DNA of 64,000 nucleotides from Selaginella moellendorffii (lineage: Eukaryota > Plantae > Lycopodiophyta). Both the position numbers and the translations under genes were made by a program. This document shows, piece by piece, positions 1-13,576 of the stretch. The DNA lies in contig NW_003314261.1 in NCBI RefSeq assembly GCF_000143415.4, forward strand, positions 4,208,880 through 4,272,879, read 5' to 3'. Under the pieces are notes generated by a model that worked only from the letters and a program-made list of their open reading frames with translations, was not told the DNA's origin and made no database searches. Each line of letters begins with the position of its first letter. Within the stretch, counting starts at the first letter, position 1.

Positions 1-2
1 CG

Positions 3-3000
3 CCGCCGGCGGACCAGCAGCGCCATCGCGGGCGCCAGCATTGGATCTCGTCGATTCACCTCGAAATCCGGCGTCACAGCAGGCTCTTCCGGCGATCGTC
101 GTCGTCGTCTAGGGTAAGGCTCCGGGCGAGGAGCGCGTCGGCAATGCCCGCCTTCCACAGCGCTGGGTCGAAATTCCAGGATCTGGCGTCCTACGAGACG
201 ATTGATGCGTCCACGTTCCTGGCCGGATTGATGCCCAAGAAGGAGATTGGCGCCGATCGGTTCCTGGAAGAGCATCCCGAGTATGATGGGAGAGGAGTCG
301 TGATTGCGATATTTGGTTCGTTTGATTGGTAGTTTTTGCATTTCTTATGCTCTCTGTTTGCAGATTCTGGTGTAGATCCTGCCGCAGCTGGGCTACAAAT
401 CACATCGGATGGCAAGCCAAAAATCATAGACATCGTTGATTGGTGAGTCTAGTTTCAGTACTTCCTAGTGTGTGTTTACGTGCACCAACCAAATTCTTGT
501 AGCACTGGAAGTGGAGACGTTGATACATCCAAAGTTGTACGTCAAGATGACAAGGGATGCATTATTGGAGCCTCTGGTATGAAAATTGATCACGACTATG
601 CTCGGTTCGATATTTGTCTTTCCAACCAGGTGCCACATTGCGGCTCAATGGATCCTGGGTAAATCCATCAGGAGATTGGCGAGTCGGCTGCAAATTTGTG
701 TATGAGCTCTTTCCAGAGAGACTGTCTACTCGTCTGAAGGTAATAGTCCGTGTCTCCGGCATGAGTTCGAAATATGTTTTCAGAGGGAGCGAAGGAAACA
801 CTGGGACAAAAATCACAGGGAGGCCATTACCGATGCTATCCGGCAACTCCAAGCATTTGACCTTGTAAGAGCTCATCTCTTTTTTTGTTTTTCATCTTTT
901 TTCCTTGTGCTTCCTTTCCCGTTTCCTTTTTTTCGGCTTTACTCCTAAACACTGATGCATTCTACAGAAATATCCAAAGCCTTCGGATTCCAACTTGAAG
1001 AAGCAAAGAGAGGACCTTCAGAATAAAGTGGATATCCTTCAGAAGCTAACGGATGTGAGCAAAAGTTTTTCTTTTTTGTGAATCGTTCCTTCTGATTCGC
1101 TGCTTTGTTCTAGAGCTACGAGGACAAAGGTCCTATTATAGACGCCGTGGTATGGCACGATGGAGAGGTTTGGCGCGTTGCACTTGATACATCAGAGATG
1201 GAAGATGATGATGGGATTGGAAAGCTTGAGGATTTTACTCCAATGACCAACTACAAGTAACACAGGCGTATAATTGTTTGTGACTGACCACTTTTTTTGT
1301 AGGATTGAGAAGAAATACGGCATTTTTTCTCGAACGGATGCGTGCAGCTTCGTGACTAATGTCTACGACAATGGAGATATCCTTAGCATCGTGACTGATT
1401 GCTCCCCTCATGGTACTCATGTGGCTGGGATCACGGCAGCTCACGATCCGAAGGTTGTTTATCTTACTTCTATGATACGTACTAAAGCTGTGACGTACTT
1501 ATAGGAGCCATTGTTGAATGGGATTGCTCCTGGAGCGCAGCTAGTTTCCTGTAAAATCGGAGATACGAGACTTGGCTCCATGGAAACAGGCACCGGCCTC
1601 ACTCGTGCACTCATTGCTGTAATTGAGGTACTTATGAAATGGTACTGTTCAACGGAGCTCATATGTAACAGCTTTCTCATGCCAATGCAAGCCTTGTATC
1701 CTTTTCTCCTGATAGACTGTATTACTGCACCCGTGTTGCTTGTGCGAAACTCCTGGCGTCGTTCAGTTTTTCGTTCTATATAGTGACTTACTTTCGCCTG
1801 ACAGAACAAATGTGACTTGATCAATATGAGCTACGGGGAGCCAACGAGATTTCCTGATTATGGTCGCTTCACCAGACTGGCGAATGAGGTATCATGCAAA
1901 CACTTGTAGCTTGTTCTGTTGTTTCTGAACAAGTTTTATGTTTTATAGGTGGTACATAAGCACGGTGTGATTTTTGTGAGTAGTGCTGGGAACAATGGAC
2001 CTTCACTAACTACAGTGGGAGCACCTGGTGGTACTTCGTCTTGCATTTTGGGGATTGGTGCATATGTATCGCCGGTGATGGCTGCCGCTGCTCATTCGAT
2101 CTTAGAACCACCATCTGAGGGGATGCAATACACATGGTAAAGTTTGCTCGCTATTCCCTTGTTTCCATACTCATGAACGTGATTCTGGACAGGTCCAGCC
2201 GTGGTCCTACTTCGGACGGTGATCTGGGCGTTTGTTTAAGTGCACCGGGTGGTGCTGTTGCACCTGTTCCCAAATGGACACTGCAGCATCGCATGTTGAT
2301 GAATGGAACTTCCATGGCGTCGCCGTGTGCTTGTGGAGGCATAGCACTCGTGCTCAGCTCCTTGAAAGTAAGGTTTTTCTAGATGCCTTGTATATTGACT
2401 AAATGTCAGTTCAGGAAGAAGGCAGGCCTATTAGTCCATACGTTGTGAGGAAGGCATTGGAGAATACAGCGGCGCGAATACGCAATTCTCCTGAAGAATG
2501 TTTGACGACTGGAAGAGGACTTCTTCAAGTGGACAAGTAAGATCTGTGAGCGCACTAATCTAATAATCTCTTCATCTCTTTTCTGCGTTCAGGGCCTATG
2601 AATATTTGCAAAAGTGCAAGGAGCTACCTTCCCTTTCGTATCCAGTGCAAGTAACTCGGGCGGCTAATCCAGGTGCTACAATGCGTGGCATTTATCTGAG
2701 AGATGCGTGTGAATCTCAGCGTGCAAGTGAGGTGATGTTTAGTCTTGTTTTCAGCTCTTGTTGTTTTCAACTTCCGTTATTGACAAGCGTATAAAATTGC
2801 AGTGGACGGTGCAAGTGAAGACCAAGTTTCAGGAGGGAGTAGACAAACTAGATGTGCTTGCACCATTCGAAGAACGTCTTCGACTCGAGAGCACTGACGT
2901 ATCAATCGTTAAATGCCCCGAGTATTTGTTGCTCACGCACAATGGGCGAACCTTCAAGTACGTTACGTTCGTTCTACTAGCCACGTTGTTAATAATTGAT

Positions 3001-5911
3001 TTACAGTGTGATAGTCGACCCAACAAATCTTAAGCCGGGTGTGCATTATGCTGAAGTTGTTGGCATAGATTGTATGGCACCGTGGCGAGGTCCATTGTTT
3101 CGTGTCCCGGTCACAATTGTCAAACCCGTTCAAGTAACCGAAGTGCCACCAGCGGTATCTTTCTTAAAATTGATATTCTCACCTGGTAAATCCTCGCTCG
3201 AAACCTCATTTTTATGAATTGCACTCATGTTTTTTCATCAAGGTCATGTTGAGAGGAGATTCATAGCCGTTCCCGAAGGTGCTACGTGGGCCGAGATGAC
3301 TGTCCGAACTTCCAATTTTGATACACCTAGGAAATTTTTCCTTAACGCTGTTCAGGTACTAGTGTTTTTATACGTCTTCGTGGTAACTTAAAAAGAATTT
3401 CCAGCTTCAAAGGAGTGCAAGACCATCCGTTTGGGAAAGCATTCTTACTCTAACTGCACCTTGCTCGAAAAGTTTTGCCTTTTCTGTTTGCGAGGGCCTA
3501 ACGATGGAGTTGACTATATCGCAATTTTGGTCTAGCGGCAGTGGTAGTCATGCTGCCGCTCATGTAGATGTGGAGGTATTTTTGTACGTTATGTTATAAT
3601 GTTCCCATCTTATATTTGTGTGCAGATTGAATTTCGTGGCTTAACTCGCTGTAGCGGTGATCTGTTCTTAAACGGAGCTGATGTAGCGACACGAGTCAAC
3701 GTTATGTCTCCTCTTTCTAGTGAAAGACTGACTCCTTCAATAACCTTAACAAGGGTAAGGATCTTATTTTAGTCAACGTTAATTCTGAATGATGTTACAG
3801 GTGCGAACTCCTTACCGGCCCTCCGAATGGAAGTTAGAAGCCTTATCTGCAGAGCGAGACAATTTACCAGATGGACGACAAATACATGGTCTAACACTGA
3901 TGTGAGTTCTCTGTCATTGTGTCTGTTAATAACTTACGCTTGTCCAGATATAAGTTCAACCTTTCAGAAGGGGGTAAATATACTCCAAGATTTCCCGCCT
4001 TGAATGGTCGAGTTTATGACAATGAATTTGAATCGCAGTTTTATATGATTTATGATGCTAACAAGGTATGGCACAGCTTTATTCTTTTACCCATTTATGC
4101 TGTGAATTTTGCAGAGGGTACTTTCAATGGGGGATGTTTATCCCAAAGGCGTGAAGCTTTCCAAGGGAGAATACACCATTCGTTTGCTCATTAGGTACTA
4201 AATATTTCCTTTTAAAATCAGCTTCAACGATATTTTTGTAGGCATGACAATTCAAGTTTCCTAGAGAAGTTAAAGAAGGCAGTATTATTCATTGATCGTG
4301 GACTTGAAGAAAAGGTGTGCTTATTTTTCACTGTAAATGAGCTCACAGGCGGTGTTCTGTGCAGAATTACATAAAATTGAGCTCCTATTCAAATATCGAT
4401 GGTGCTATCACTGGTACGAACGGCCTCAAACCTACAGTGCTGGCTCCCGGGTATGTCTAAGAAAAGCGTTGCTTGACTTATCCTTTTTGTTATTTGTGTT
4501 AGAGAAAAACGTGCTTTTTATGTTGCATCTCCTGGAGACGATAAAGCTCCAAAGGTAATGGAGTTTTCCAGCAAACAAAGTTTTCTTACCAGCAGTTTTC
4601 CAGGACGCGCCTATTGGAACATTGTTAATGGGAAAAATGACGTTGGGAAAGACTTCATTCGCGAACAACAAAGGTGAAGAAAATGGACAGGCGTGCCCTG
4701 CGGTGTCACGGGTTGTGGTCCCGATTGCTCCCGCTGCCAAGGTAATTATGTTTCTTTTTTCTATTGCCGTTGTAATTTGTGAGTTCTTTTAGAATGATGA
4801 AAAGGCCAAAGACAAGGAGCCAGAGCAACAAAAGTCTCCTTTCAAGAAAATTGAGGAGGAAGTAAGTTGCAATGTCAAAGCTGTCGGTGTTTTTCATTGT
4901 CGTCTCGCTGCAGGTTAGAGACGTTAAGATCAAATTGCTATCGCTTCTCCCAAGAACCACAAAAGAAGAGCGCGCTGAATGGTCTAGTCAAGCAAATTCT
5001 TTAAAGGTAATTCCTTTCTCAACTGAAATTGGTTTTGCTTATTTCGCCCTTCTGATATGCTGCCAGGCGGAGTTTACAAACTACATACCGCTCCTGTCCG
5101 AAATTTTGCAGAAGCTTGCAGCATCCAAGGACAGTGAGCAAGATTACGACGAGGTATCCGAAAACACGATGAGCATTGTGGCTGACGAGGCCTTTTTGAC
5201 GTTTCAGGTGATCGCAGCCGCGGACGAGCTCATCAGTTGCATTGACAAAGACGCTCTCGCAAAGTTTATTGCCATGAAGAACGAACCAGAAGACGCTGAT
5301 GCTGTGGTACGTTTGTAGTGTTGCACAAACTTGGCCGAGACTAAGCACTCCATTTGCAGCAAGCCAAAAAGGACATGGAAATGCAGCGCGACGCATTCCT
5401 GGACGCGCTGTGTAAAAAGCTGACTGCGATTGCGGAAAAAGAAGAACAGCAAAACAAGGCCGGCGTCTTCGAATCGGCCAAGCAAGAGAGCATTGAAACT
5501 CCACAAGACGAAAGCGGAGAAGGCTCGAGCGAGGTCGTGAAAGAAGAGGACAAGAAACAAGAAGACAGTAGCGAGTACGAGGCCACATTCGCTGAGCTGC
5601 GAAAGTGGGTCGATATAACATCGTCCAAGTACGCGCTCTTCAACGTCAAGCGAGAGAGAAAGCTCAAACGCTACGGGAACGCAATGAAGGTATGTCACAG
5701 CTTTGTTTTTTTTTTTTTTTTTCTCAAGACTTTTGGATCGATTTCTCTCCAGGCACTCAACGAGCTCATCCAAGACGATTCCAAGCCGCCGCAGAAGCCA
5801 CTGTTTGAGCTGCGAATCCAGATCCTAGAAGAGATGGGATTGAAGCACTGGGTGGAGTACGAGAAGCACTGGCTCGCCATTCGCTTCCCAAATAGCCTGC
5901 CACTTTTCTAA
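3..5911 (+). CDS. TPP2: Tripeptidyl-peptidase II (subtilisin S8 family), multi-exon; possibly 5'-partial
   Basis: Exons give [29 protein letters not shown](D)[23 protein letters not shown] and [10 protein letters not shown] (Asp/His/Ser triad), and the C-terminus ...[10 protein letters not shown] (TAA 5909-5911). Many short GT-AG introns. The frame upstream of ATG144 is open to the window edge and Arg/Ser-rich (transit-peptide-like). Confidence 0.96.
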
Positions 5912-5956
5912 ACATTCCTTTCGTTTGAAGCCACATTCTAGGGTTTTTGGGCTCCA

Positions 5957-6253
5957 ATGCAAGGAACTGGGGTCCCCGTGGCTGGCGCCAGTCCTTGCAA
6001 CCAGAACGCGTGCGACATCCAGGATTGCCTCAAGAAGAACGATTATGTGATCCAAAGGTAACAAATCCCAAACGCAAGCTCCAATTCCTCTGGAGATTTG
6101 ATCTCTGGCAGATGCCGTGGCGTGATCATGGACCTCCAGCAGTGCTGCGAGGACTGCGATTATAAATCCAAGCACTGTGGAGCGCTGTCGGGGCTGATCG
6201 CGAGCTTTGACAAGAAGAAGAGGGCCCAAAAATCCGCCGAAGTTGCCAAGTAG
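5957..6253 (+). CDS. Cx9C-motif protein, CMC4/MTCP1-like, copy 1 (exons 5957-6057, 6112-6253)
   Basis: Manual splice gives MQGTGVPVAGASPCNQNACDIQDCLKKNDYVIQRCRGVIMDLQQCCEDCDYKSKHCGALSGLIASFDKKKRAQKSAEVAK*. The Cys spacing and ACDIQxCL pattern match CMC4/MTCP1. Absent from the ORF track because it is split by an intron. Confidence 0.85.
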
Positions 6254-6368
6254 AAATCGTCCTCCTCTGTGTAGGTTACTTCTATTTTCCTGCAAGCAAG
6301 GTAGCGATCTCGATTTATCTTTCTAGGGCACCTCGTTTTACTCGGCTTGGATCCTCTTTCTCCCAGAA

Positions 6369-6621
6369 ATGCCCAAGAGCAAAGACCCGTGTAATCAGCA
6401 CGCTTGCGACATCCAAGCGTGCCTCCAGAGAAACCACTACGTCATGGAAAGGTACGAGGATCGGTCACTGATTTGCCTCGTGTTTCCAATTTTGCCTTTC
6501 TAGCTGCCGACAAGTGATACTCAATCTTCAGAAGTGCTGCGACGAGTGTGAGAATCGATCCAAGCACTGCGCTGCGCTCTCGGGCCTCATCGCGCAGGTC
6601 ACTCGAACCGAACCAAAGTGA
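6369..6621 (+). CDS. Cx9C-motif protein, CMC4/MTCP1-like, copy 2 (exons 6369-6451, 6504-6621)
   Basis: MPKSKDPCNQHACDIQACLQRNHYVMESCRQVILNLQKCCDECENRSKHCAALSGLIAQVTRTEPK*. Same intron position and phase as copy 1. Confidence 0.85.
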
Positions 6622-6697
6622 AACCATGAAGATAATCAAAACGTAGTGAGATTATATGTTTAACCTGCGGTTAGGTGAAAAAATAAAACTTTTGAGT

Positions 6698-6777
6698 TGA
6701 GGGTGCCAGGATTGGAACCCGGAAATTCGCTTTCACTGTTATATAGTGAATCGCTTGAATTAGCCACTACACCCCTC
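6698..6777 (-). ncRNA. tRNA-like element (atypical or pseudo-tRNA)
   Basis: Minus strand GAGGGGTG TAGTGG...CCGGG TTCCAAT CCTGG CACCCTCA: acceptor-like stem, T-arm with a B-box-like GGTTCCAATCC, and a T-run just downstream. D-arm and anticodon arm are non-canonical. Confidence 0.45.
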
Positions 6778-7131
6778 TTAACATCTGTGAAAAATTCGTG
6801 CTTGGCCGGCGACGTGTGATTCTCTTGACGTGGAGGCCACATCGGCTGACACGTCACACTTTTGTGTGTGTTTGCTCAACCTAAAAGTTTTCAAGGAACA
6901 TTTTTATTCGTGAAGAGATTCCTTTAGACAAAGAGCTAAAAAACGATGTCTTTTTATACGGGGAAGATGCCTGGCGTTGCATGCCCTGACCAATGCATTT
7001 AGCTGGGAGGAGGAAGAGCAATGAGCAGAAAAAAGAAAGAGAAGAGAAACAATGAAAGAAGAAAAAAGACGAAGAGACTCCTACCTAGAGGAGTTTTCTT
7101 GCTGCTCGACGCGGGAGTTCGTCTTCGTCGT

Positions 7132-7462
7132 CTAAGCCTGCGCCTTCTTCATTTGGAACCTGACGACATAGATCGGAATCGCGATCCCCAGCCCGACGAT
7201 CCCGCCCCACACCAGCAGCCCAAATTTGAGGTTCCGGTTCTTCATGTTCCAGATCTCATACATATGCTCCCGGTGCTCGTAATCGTAGTAGCACTGCCTC
7301 GGCGCGCCCGTCTGGAAGCTCCTCGTCGCTGGAAGAACAAGAAAGAGGAGAAAAAGAAAGCCCTAATCGATCGCGAGAGAATGCGAGTCACTTACAAGCT
7401 AGCTGCGAGGACTGCGCGATCGTCCTGGTCGCCGCTCTCGCCACCGCCGCTACGCCCGCCAT
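7132..7462 (-). CDS. Small mitochondrial single-TM protein, resembling the plant At1g72020/COX-X3-type family (exons 7396-7462, 7132-7328)
   Basis: Manual splice gives 87 aa: MAGVAAVARAATRTIAQSSQLASTRSFQTGAPRQCYYDYEHREHMYEIWNMKNRNLKFGLLVWGGIVGLGIAIPIYVVRFQMKKAQA*. It has a presequence-like N-terminus, an HMY..MK motif, one TM helix and a P(I)..V.FQ..K tail. Family assignment is from memory. Confidence 0.7.
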
Positions 7463-8125
7463 CGCGCTCGCTCCAATCAATCCTAGGGTTCTTGCAAAAG
7501 AATCTTCACGGGTCAAAAACGAGTATATTCTATTTTCATCTTATCCAGGCCGTCCGTACTGGTGGAATCTCGACCGTCCGATGCCTGCCCACTTTCTATC
7601 CTTGAAATGTAATGCAAGTTACCATGATGGCGGGGTAAGTATGATTTAGTTACCGGGCTCATTCTGGTGGCCATATGTACGGCCCGGGTGACCATCATCG
7701 TACTGTGAATTGGGCCAGGAAAAACACTGTGCACAACTGTGAATGTGTAGAGGAGGTATAAGCTATATCGCTGTGGCCGAAAGCCTGGCTATTCTAGCTG
7801 GGCCGTGGGGCGAGATTCCACCATAGCGCCCGTCGTCTCTCTTCCATCGCCATCGTTGCCACTCCTCCGACGGGATCTCTCGTAGCTGCGACGGGGAAGG
7901 GATCACAGGTGAAATACGCGCCTGGGGATTTCTGGATGCCCTAGGCCTGGATCTGGAGCGCGGCCGACCGCGCCGGCATTCCAATCCAGGTATGGCGCTC
8001 TCCGAAATCTGTGCGTTTCTATGGCGCCGCGCGTTTCTAGAGCCTGCATTAGCGCGGTGTTCTTGAGAAATTTCGTGTGTCTTGACTAAAGCGGAGTTCT
8101 TGGTTTCTTTCCAGGAGGAAGGGAG

Positions 8126-11100
8126 ATGGGGACGGAGAGTCAATTGCTGGAGAAGAAGCTCCAGGGCTTCTCGAGGCCAGACATTCGAATCAACTCCCCG
8201 GACAAACACGGGAGCGACTGGGACGATGTGAAGAACAACGAGTCGAGCAGCGCAGCCGCGTCGCCATCGACGTCCTCTCCACACTGGAAGAAGGCAATGT
8301 CGAGCTCTCCGGCGGCGGGGCGTGGCTACGGTGCCAAAGGCTCCAGCGCAGTGAACGCTCAAAAGTTTCGGCAGATTGAATGGGTTTTCCAGCTCCAAGA
8401 CGTTGCCGAGGGTCTCATGACCAAAATCTATCGCCTTCGCGAAATCCTGGAGCTCAACGACAATGGCAACCAGCAGTTCTCGGATGCGTTCTGGCAGTCC
8501 GGGCTCTTCCCAAATGCTCCCAAGCTTTGCACACATCTCCTCCGAAAGTTTCCAGAGCACCCCGTGAAGCTTCTACCCGAGAAGGTGAATGATCTTTTCT
8601 TCTTTGTTTTGCGTGATTCTCAATGTGTTTTCTGTGAGTTAGTCAGGTCGATAAGCCGGGATTAGACTTGCTTCGAGACAATGCTGAGAGCTATCTTACG
8701 GCACTGGAGCCGTGGTTGCTGGTAAGAGTTTACAATTGTTTTTCGGCCTGTACGGTAAAGTCTCTATTACGCAGGTACTGCTTGACTTGATGACATTTCG
8801 TGAGCAAGCGCTGCGGGTGATCCTTGACATGAGCAGCACCGTTGTCACGCTTATGGTATGCACAAATTGTAAATCCTTGTTTCATCGTGCTTAGAAACTT
8901 TTCTTGGTTGTTCCAGCCACACCAGAATCCAATAGTTCTACATGCTTTTATGAACCTTTTTTGTGCTTTCGTCAAAGTCAACTTGTATGCCGACAAGGTA
9001 GCGTCTCGAATTGTTCATTTGTAGTTTTAAACTATCGCTACTTGCCAATTAGATTCCAAGGAAAATGCTACTCCAGCTATACAATCTAACACACACAATC
9101 TTAAAAAGCGGGAGAGACTACGAGTTTTACCACAGGTATGTTTACACAAATCTTAACTATTACAAACAACGTTGATGTGCAGACTCGTTCAGTTTGTCGA
9201 CTCGTTCGACCCCCCACTGAAAGGTTTGCACGAAGATTTGAATTTTGTGAGCCATAGGGTGGGAGAGGTATAGCATTAAATTATACTCTCATTGGCTTGT
9301 CTCTTAACCACTAAAGTCGCAGATACTGGATGCAATTGGTCCGACGATATATCTTGGATCTGATTTTGAGCGCATTAGAAGTGAAGGTTTTCTCAGTCCT
9401 TATCATCCTCGCTATCCAGAAAAGCTTACAAACTCGGCTCATCCAGCGGTAAGCTTGTGACAAATGCGAGTGTACTCTCTTAACTTTTATTCGTTCGGGA
9501 CAATACAGAGGGCACAGGAGCTGGCCAACATTTATTCTTATCGTGAGTGGGTGCTTTTAGGATACTTAGTTTGCCCCAGCGAACTTTTACGAATAGGTGC
9601 AATCGACATTGTGATGGTAAAATGACATCTTGGTTAGAGCACAGTTTATACGATTTTAAATAATTTCTAATAATGCAGGCAGTTCTTAAAAATACGCTAG
9701 TGCTTCCATTGTTTCGAGATGAGGTAAAATACAATTTTGTTATATTTTGGTCTTACTTCACTATCGGTCTGAACGCAGTACCTATCTCTACATGAGGAAT
9801 ACCAGCATTCCGTTTTACCCAAGATATCAGAATCAAGAAAACTTGCAAAAGTTGGCCGTGTGAAACAAAAGGACGCGGACGTGGAGTACAACCTTGCTAA
9901 ACAAGTCGAAAAAACAATCATGTGAGTATGTTTGTGTATCAAAGCATGACACTTACCCAGATGCGTATCTCAAGTGATGCGCACGACGTGGCCATCCTTC
10001 AATCAGATGGCATTCACAGAGAGCATCGAGTAACTTTGAAACTTGAACTTAGGAGAATGATCGTGTTTTTTACGGACCAGCCAAGTCTTCTTGCTCCAAA
10101 TGTCCAGGTACGCTGTTTTAGTTTGTATTTTAGTTTCTGTAAACATGATCTGATACCAGTTGTACTTCGAAGATGGCGTATGCTGCATTAGCTGTGGCTC
10201 GAGCAGAAGCACTTTGGTATTTTAGTCACGCGGGCCTCGTAGTCGGAAGGGCCAAAGGAAATCGTGTTATGCCCGTTACTGTTGATCCTTCTGATCATAC
10301 AATAGGCTATCTTTTAAAAAGCATGGACAAGCTTATTGTGCTTATTCGGAAGTACGCCTCAGGTTCGTCGTTAATGTCTTTACTTGCATGAAAATAAATA
10401 AATGTGTTTTGACAGCCATAAGAGCATTTTCGCTGGGACATCTCACCGGCATAGCACAAAGGATGCGATTACTTTTTGAAAGCCCTGGTGCTGTTGCTCT
10501 AGATTTTGAAAGTGACTTGCGTAACAGTTTTCTCGCTGTTATGGAACGGTTGGAGACACTGCCTAAACTACAAACTGAGAAGCTCAGGCACAGCAACTTT
10601 GATCTATCTGTAGGTTTGTTAATGTGTGAAAAGTCTCGTGATTTCAAACGTTTTTACTACAGGTATTTCGCCAAGACTGGCTAAGGATTATAATGACAGT
10701 TTCATCGTCGCGATCTTCAATAAATTTTAGGCACTTGGAGAAGGCCACAATCTCAACTGGAAAAGATAGCATAATAACCGAAGGAAACATGGCTTACGTG
10801 TGGTCCAGGTAGCTGTTTGAATTTTTAGTTCTGATTTGCTGACGTCCCGTTCGTCTTGTAGGAGTGTGGATGATATGCAAAAGGTGCTATCTCAACACGG
10901 ATCCCTGAAAACTTTATGTTTTTACAGAGAACATCTCAACATGGTGAGCTTGAGTATGACTTATATCCTTGACTCTCGTATATTTTCTGCAGGTGTTTCG
11001 TCATACTATGTATGGGCCTGAAGGACGACCTCATAACTGCTGCGCCTGGTTGAGCATCGCGAGCACCTTCCCGGAAAATGCCCACTATAGTGTGGCCGAT

Positions 11101-13452
11101 GAAGTGAAACAGATCAGCAATGTTTATATTCTCTAACAGGTATATTTTTGCAGCCTGCAAAGCTTGCGGAGGATGCGATTTCATACGCCGAAACGCTCCT
11201 TAACTACATAATGAAAGGATTTGAAGGACTTATCAACCTTCTCGACTCAGAAGAAGGATTCGGACGCCTTGATCAGCAGGTATGTTTCTATTGCTTCGAC
11301 AGGATTGTAAAATAAAACACATTTTGTCTTACAGCTTCTTCCTGAGCAAGCAGCTTCACGCTTGAACCAGGTAGCAAGAGCTGGATTTTCTTCCAACAAG
11401 TCGGTAAGAGTGAGCCTTGATTTACCTGGTTTTGAAAGCAAGCCTTCCAATAAGGAGTCGATGAAACTGTGGGTGTTTCCGTGTTATTACAAACACTGCT
11501 TGCTGAATCTATTGTTAAAATCTGCAGGATCGATGCAGCCGTTCAAAGGTTGACTACGTTTTGTTCCGTGATAAACGAGATGGAGCCTGTCCGTGTCGTC
11601 AATCATGTATTTGTTCCTAGAGAGGTAAAGAAGGCTTGAAAATAAAAAGTAATGGCATGATCTTGTAACCTTTTATTGCAGTACATGAGGGACCGGATAC
11701 TCGGCAACTTTCGCTCCCAATTGCTAAAGATTCCACTCATTGAAAAAGACTTGCAACGGCCGTCAGTGATTGAAGCTTCCATCCAGCGCCACATGACTAT
11801 AATCCATATAATTGAGCAGCACGTTGGCATGGACTTAACTCAATCCGTTCGGGAAGTCCTGCTCAAGGAGGCGATCTCGGGACATCCGCAGACCTTCATT
11901 CCGAACTACGTGCCTGATGCTAAAGTCGGTGGCTCAGCAGCATCGACTATCTGCGACTGGTACATTGAGAACATCATCAAGGATGTCAATAATGTGGGAG
12001 TTATATTCACACCATCGGAGAAAAGCTTCAGGAGTGCGAGGCCCGTGGGTAAAACAGCAGCACACATGGTAGCGGACGTGACGGAGCTCAAAGCATTCGT
12101 TCGAATTTTCGGGCCTTATGGAGCTGATAAGCTGGACAACGATCTCAGGGAACAGCTCGCGGTGCTATTAAACTGCATCGACATCACCTTACGCTCCAAC
12201 AAAGAGGCTCTGGAGAACCTTGCGACCAGTCTCCACAGCAAAAGGGACCGAGACGCTGCGCTGAAGAGCATGACTGAGCTTGAGACGCTCATGAACTTCT
12301 CGCTCCAAGCCGGCCATATCTTGAGCTTCCGATGCCTCCTCGCCGAAGCGGCCTCGCAAGTCCTCGAATCAAGCGCACCTTTGCTGGCTTCACTCGTCTC
12401 GGACTTTGCAAGGCACGCACCGCCATCTTTTCCGGAGAAGCCAGCAGTCTCAAAGGTGAAGATGCTAGCGTGCCAGTTTGGAGCAAGCAAAGACCAGGAC
12501 TCAAAGGTCGTCCAGTCCATTCTCTTGAACTTGGGAGGAGCTGGCGATTCTACCTGGGCACTCGTTCCATACTTGTACGTTGCTCTCATGACGTCCAGTG
12601 TCTGGGACGACAGTAGCTTTGACATCCATGCCGGTGGCTTTAACAATAACGTTCACTGCTTAGCGAGGTACGTCGCGATTTTTCCTCTTGCTTGTTCTGA
12701 TCTACGTCGTTGGTTTGCGACGTCAGGTGCATACATGCTGTTGTGGCTGCGAGCGAGCTGGTCCGCTTCGAGCGCAGAGAGCTCCAGAGAAGGATGATTG
12801 CTCAGCAGCATCCCGAGCGAAAGATTGAGGACTCGGACTCGCGGATTCTGGAGAACATCGAGATGTCAATCAAGGCGATGATGAAAACATTCCTGCAAGG
12901 CGCTGCGGTGACCGCATTGGATTTGTCATCTGATGGAGCAAGGTTTTTCTTCTTTGTTGCTCTGGCAATCTCACTGTTTTGTTTTGTACTCCTTTCAGGG
13001 GCGGCCTCGTAGCAAAGCTGATATTCTTGGACCAGCTCTGTGATCTTTCAAGCTATCTTCCGAGGAGCACTCTCGAGGCTTGCATTCCGCGCTCGATGAT
13101 GCGCTCCATCTACCAGTCATACTACGAGAACTCGGTCCCGACGCTGATGACCCAGTCAAGGAGGCACGGCTCGTCTTTCAACGTGAGAAACGGCCAGGTC
13201 GTCCCGGAATCCCACGTAGCCGAGGGCATTCTTCCACCATATCCGCGCACCACGGCTACTGCTACTACCTCGAGGGCGTTCTCGATCTCTACAGAAGCAG
13301 GAGGAGGAGGAGGATCCAGCAACGCTCCCAGGAAGAACGAGAGGTTTTCGGGGCCGATGATGCTCGACCCGGACGGAAAGAAGGCCTCGTTCACAGATCC
13401 AAGCTCCACCCGGAAGTTTGCCGTTTCATCGTCACGGGCAGTGCAAGCGTGA
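8126..13452 (+). CDS. NAP1: NAP1/NCKAP1 (SCAR/WAVE complex subunit), multi-exon
   Basis: WVFQLQDVAEGLMTKIYRL, RKFPEHPVKL, LLDLMTFREQALRVILD, LQRPSVIEASIQRHM, GGFNNNVHCLAR, LVAKLIFLDQLC..SSYLPRSTLE. Short GT-AG introns; a likely 5'UTR intron ends at 8114. Confidence 0.94.
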
Positions 13453-13576
13453 CAGTAATTCTTTGTTATCTTTCGTTTGTTTCCTTTCTGACTGTAAAAT
13501 TCAATAATCAATTTCGCATTTTCTGAACTGATTGTAATCTGACATGATTTGAATAAATTGTGACAATCAGACTTGA

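Noticed and set aside
6698-6777. tRNA-Sec or intron-containing tRNA-Tyr/Met
   Set aside because: No TCA, GTA or CAT anticodon in a proper loop, and the body does not resemble those tRNAs.
6809-6858. ACGT cluster and USE-like GCCACATCG as an snRNA promoter
   Set aside because: No TATA box at the expected spacing and no recognisable snRNA downstream.
7021-8560. ORFs of 194 aa (+) and 265 aa (-)
   Set aside because: Antisense shadows of the small membrane-protein gene and of NAP1 exon 1.
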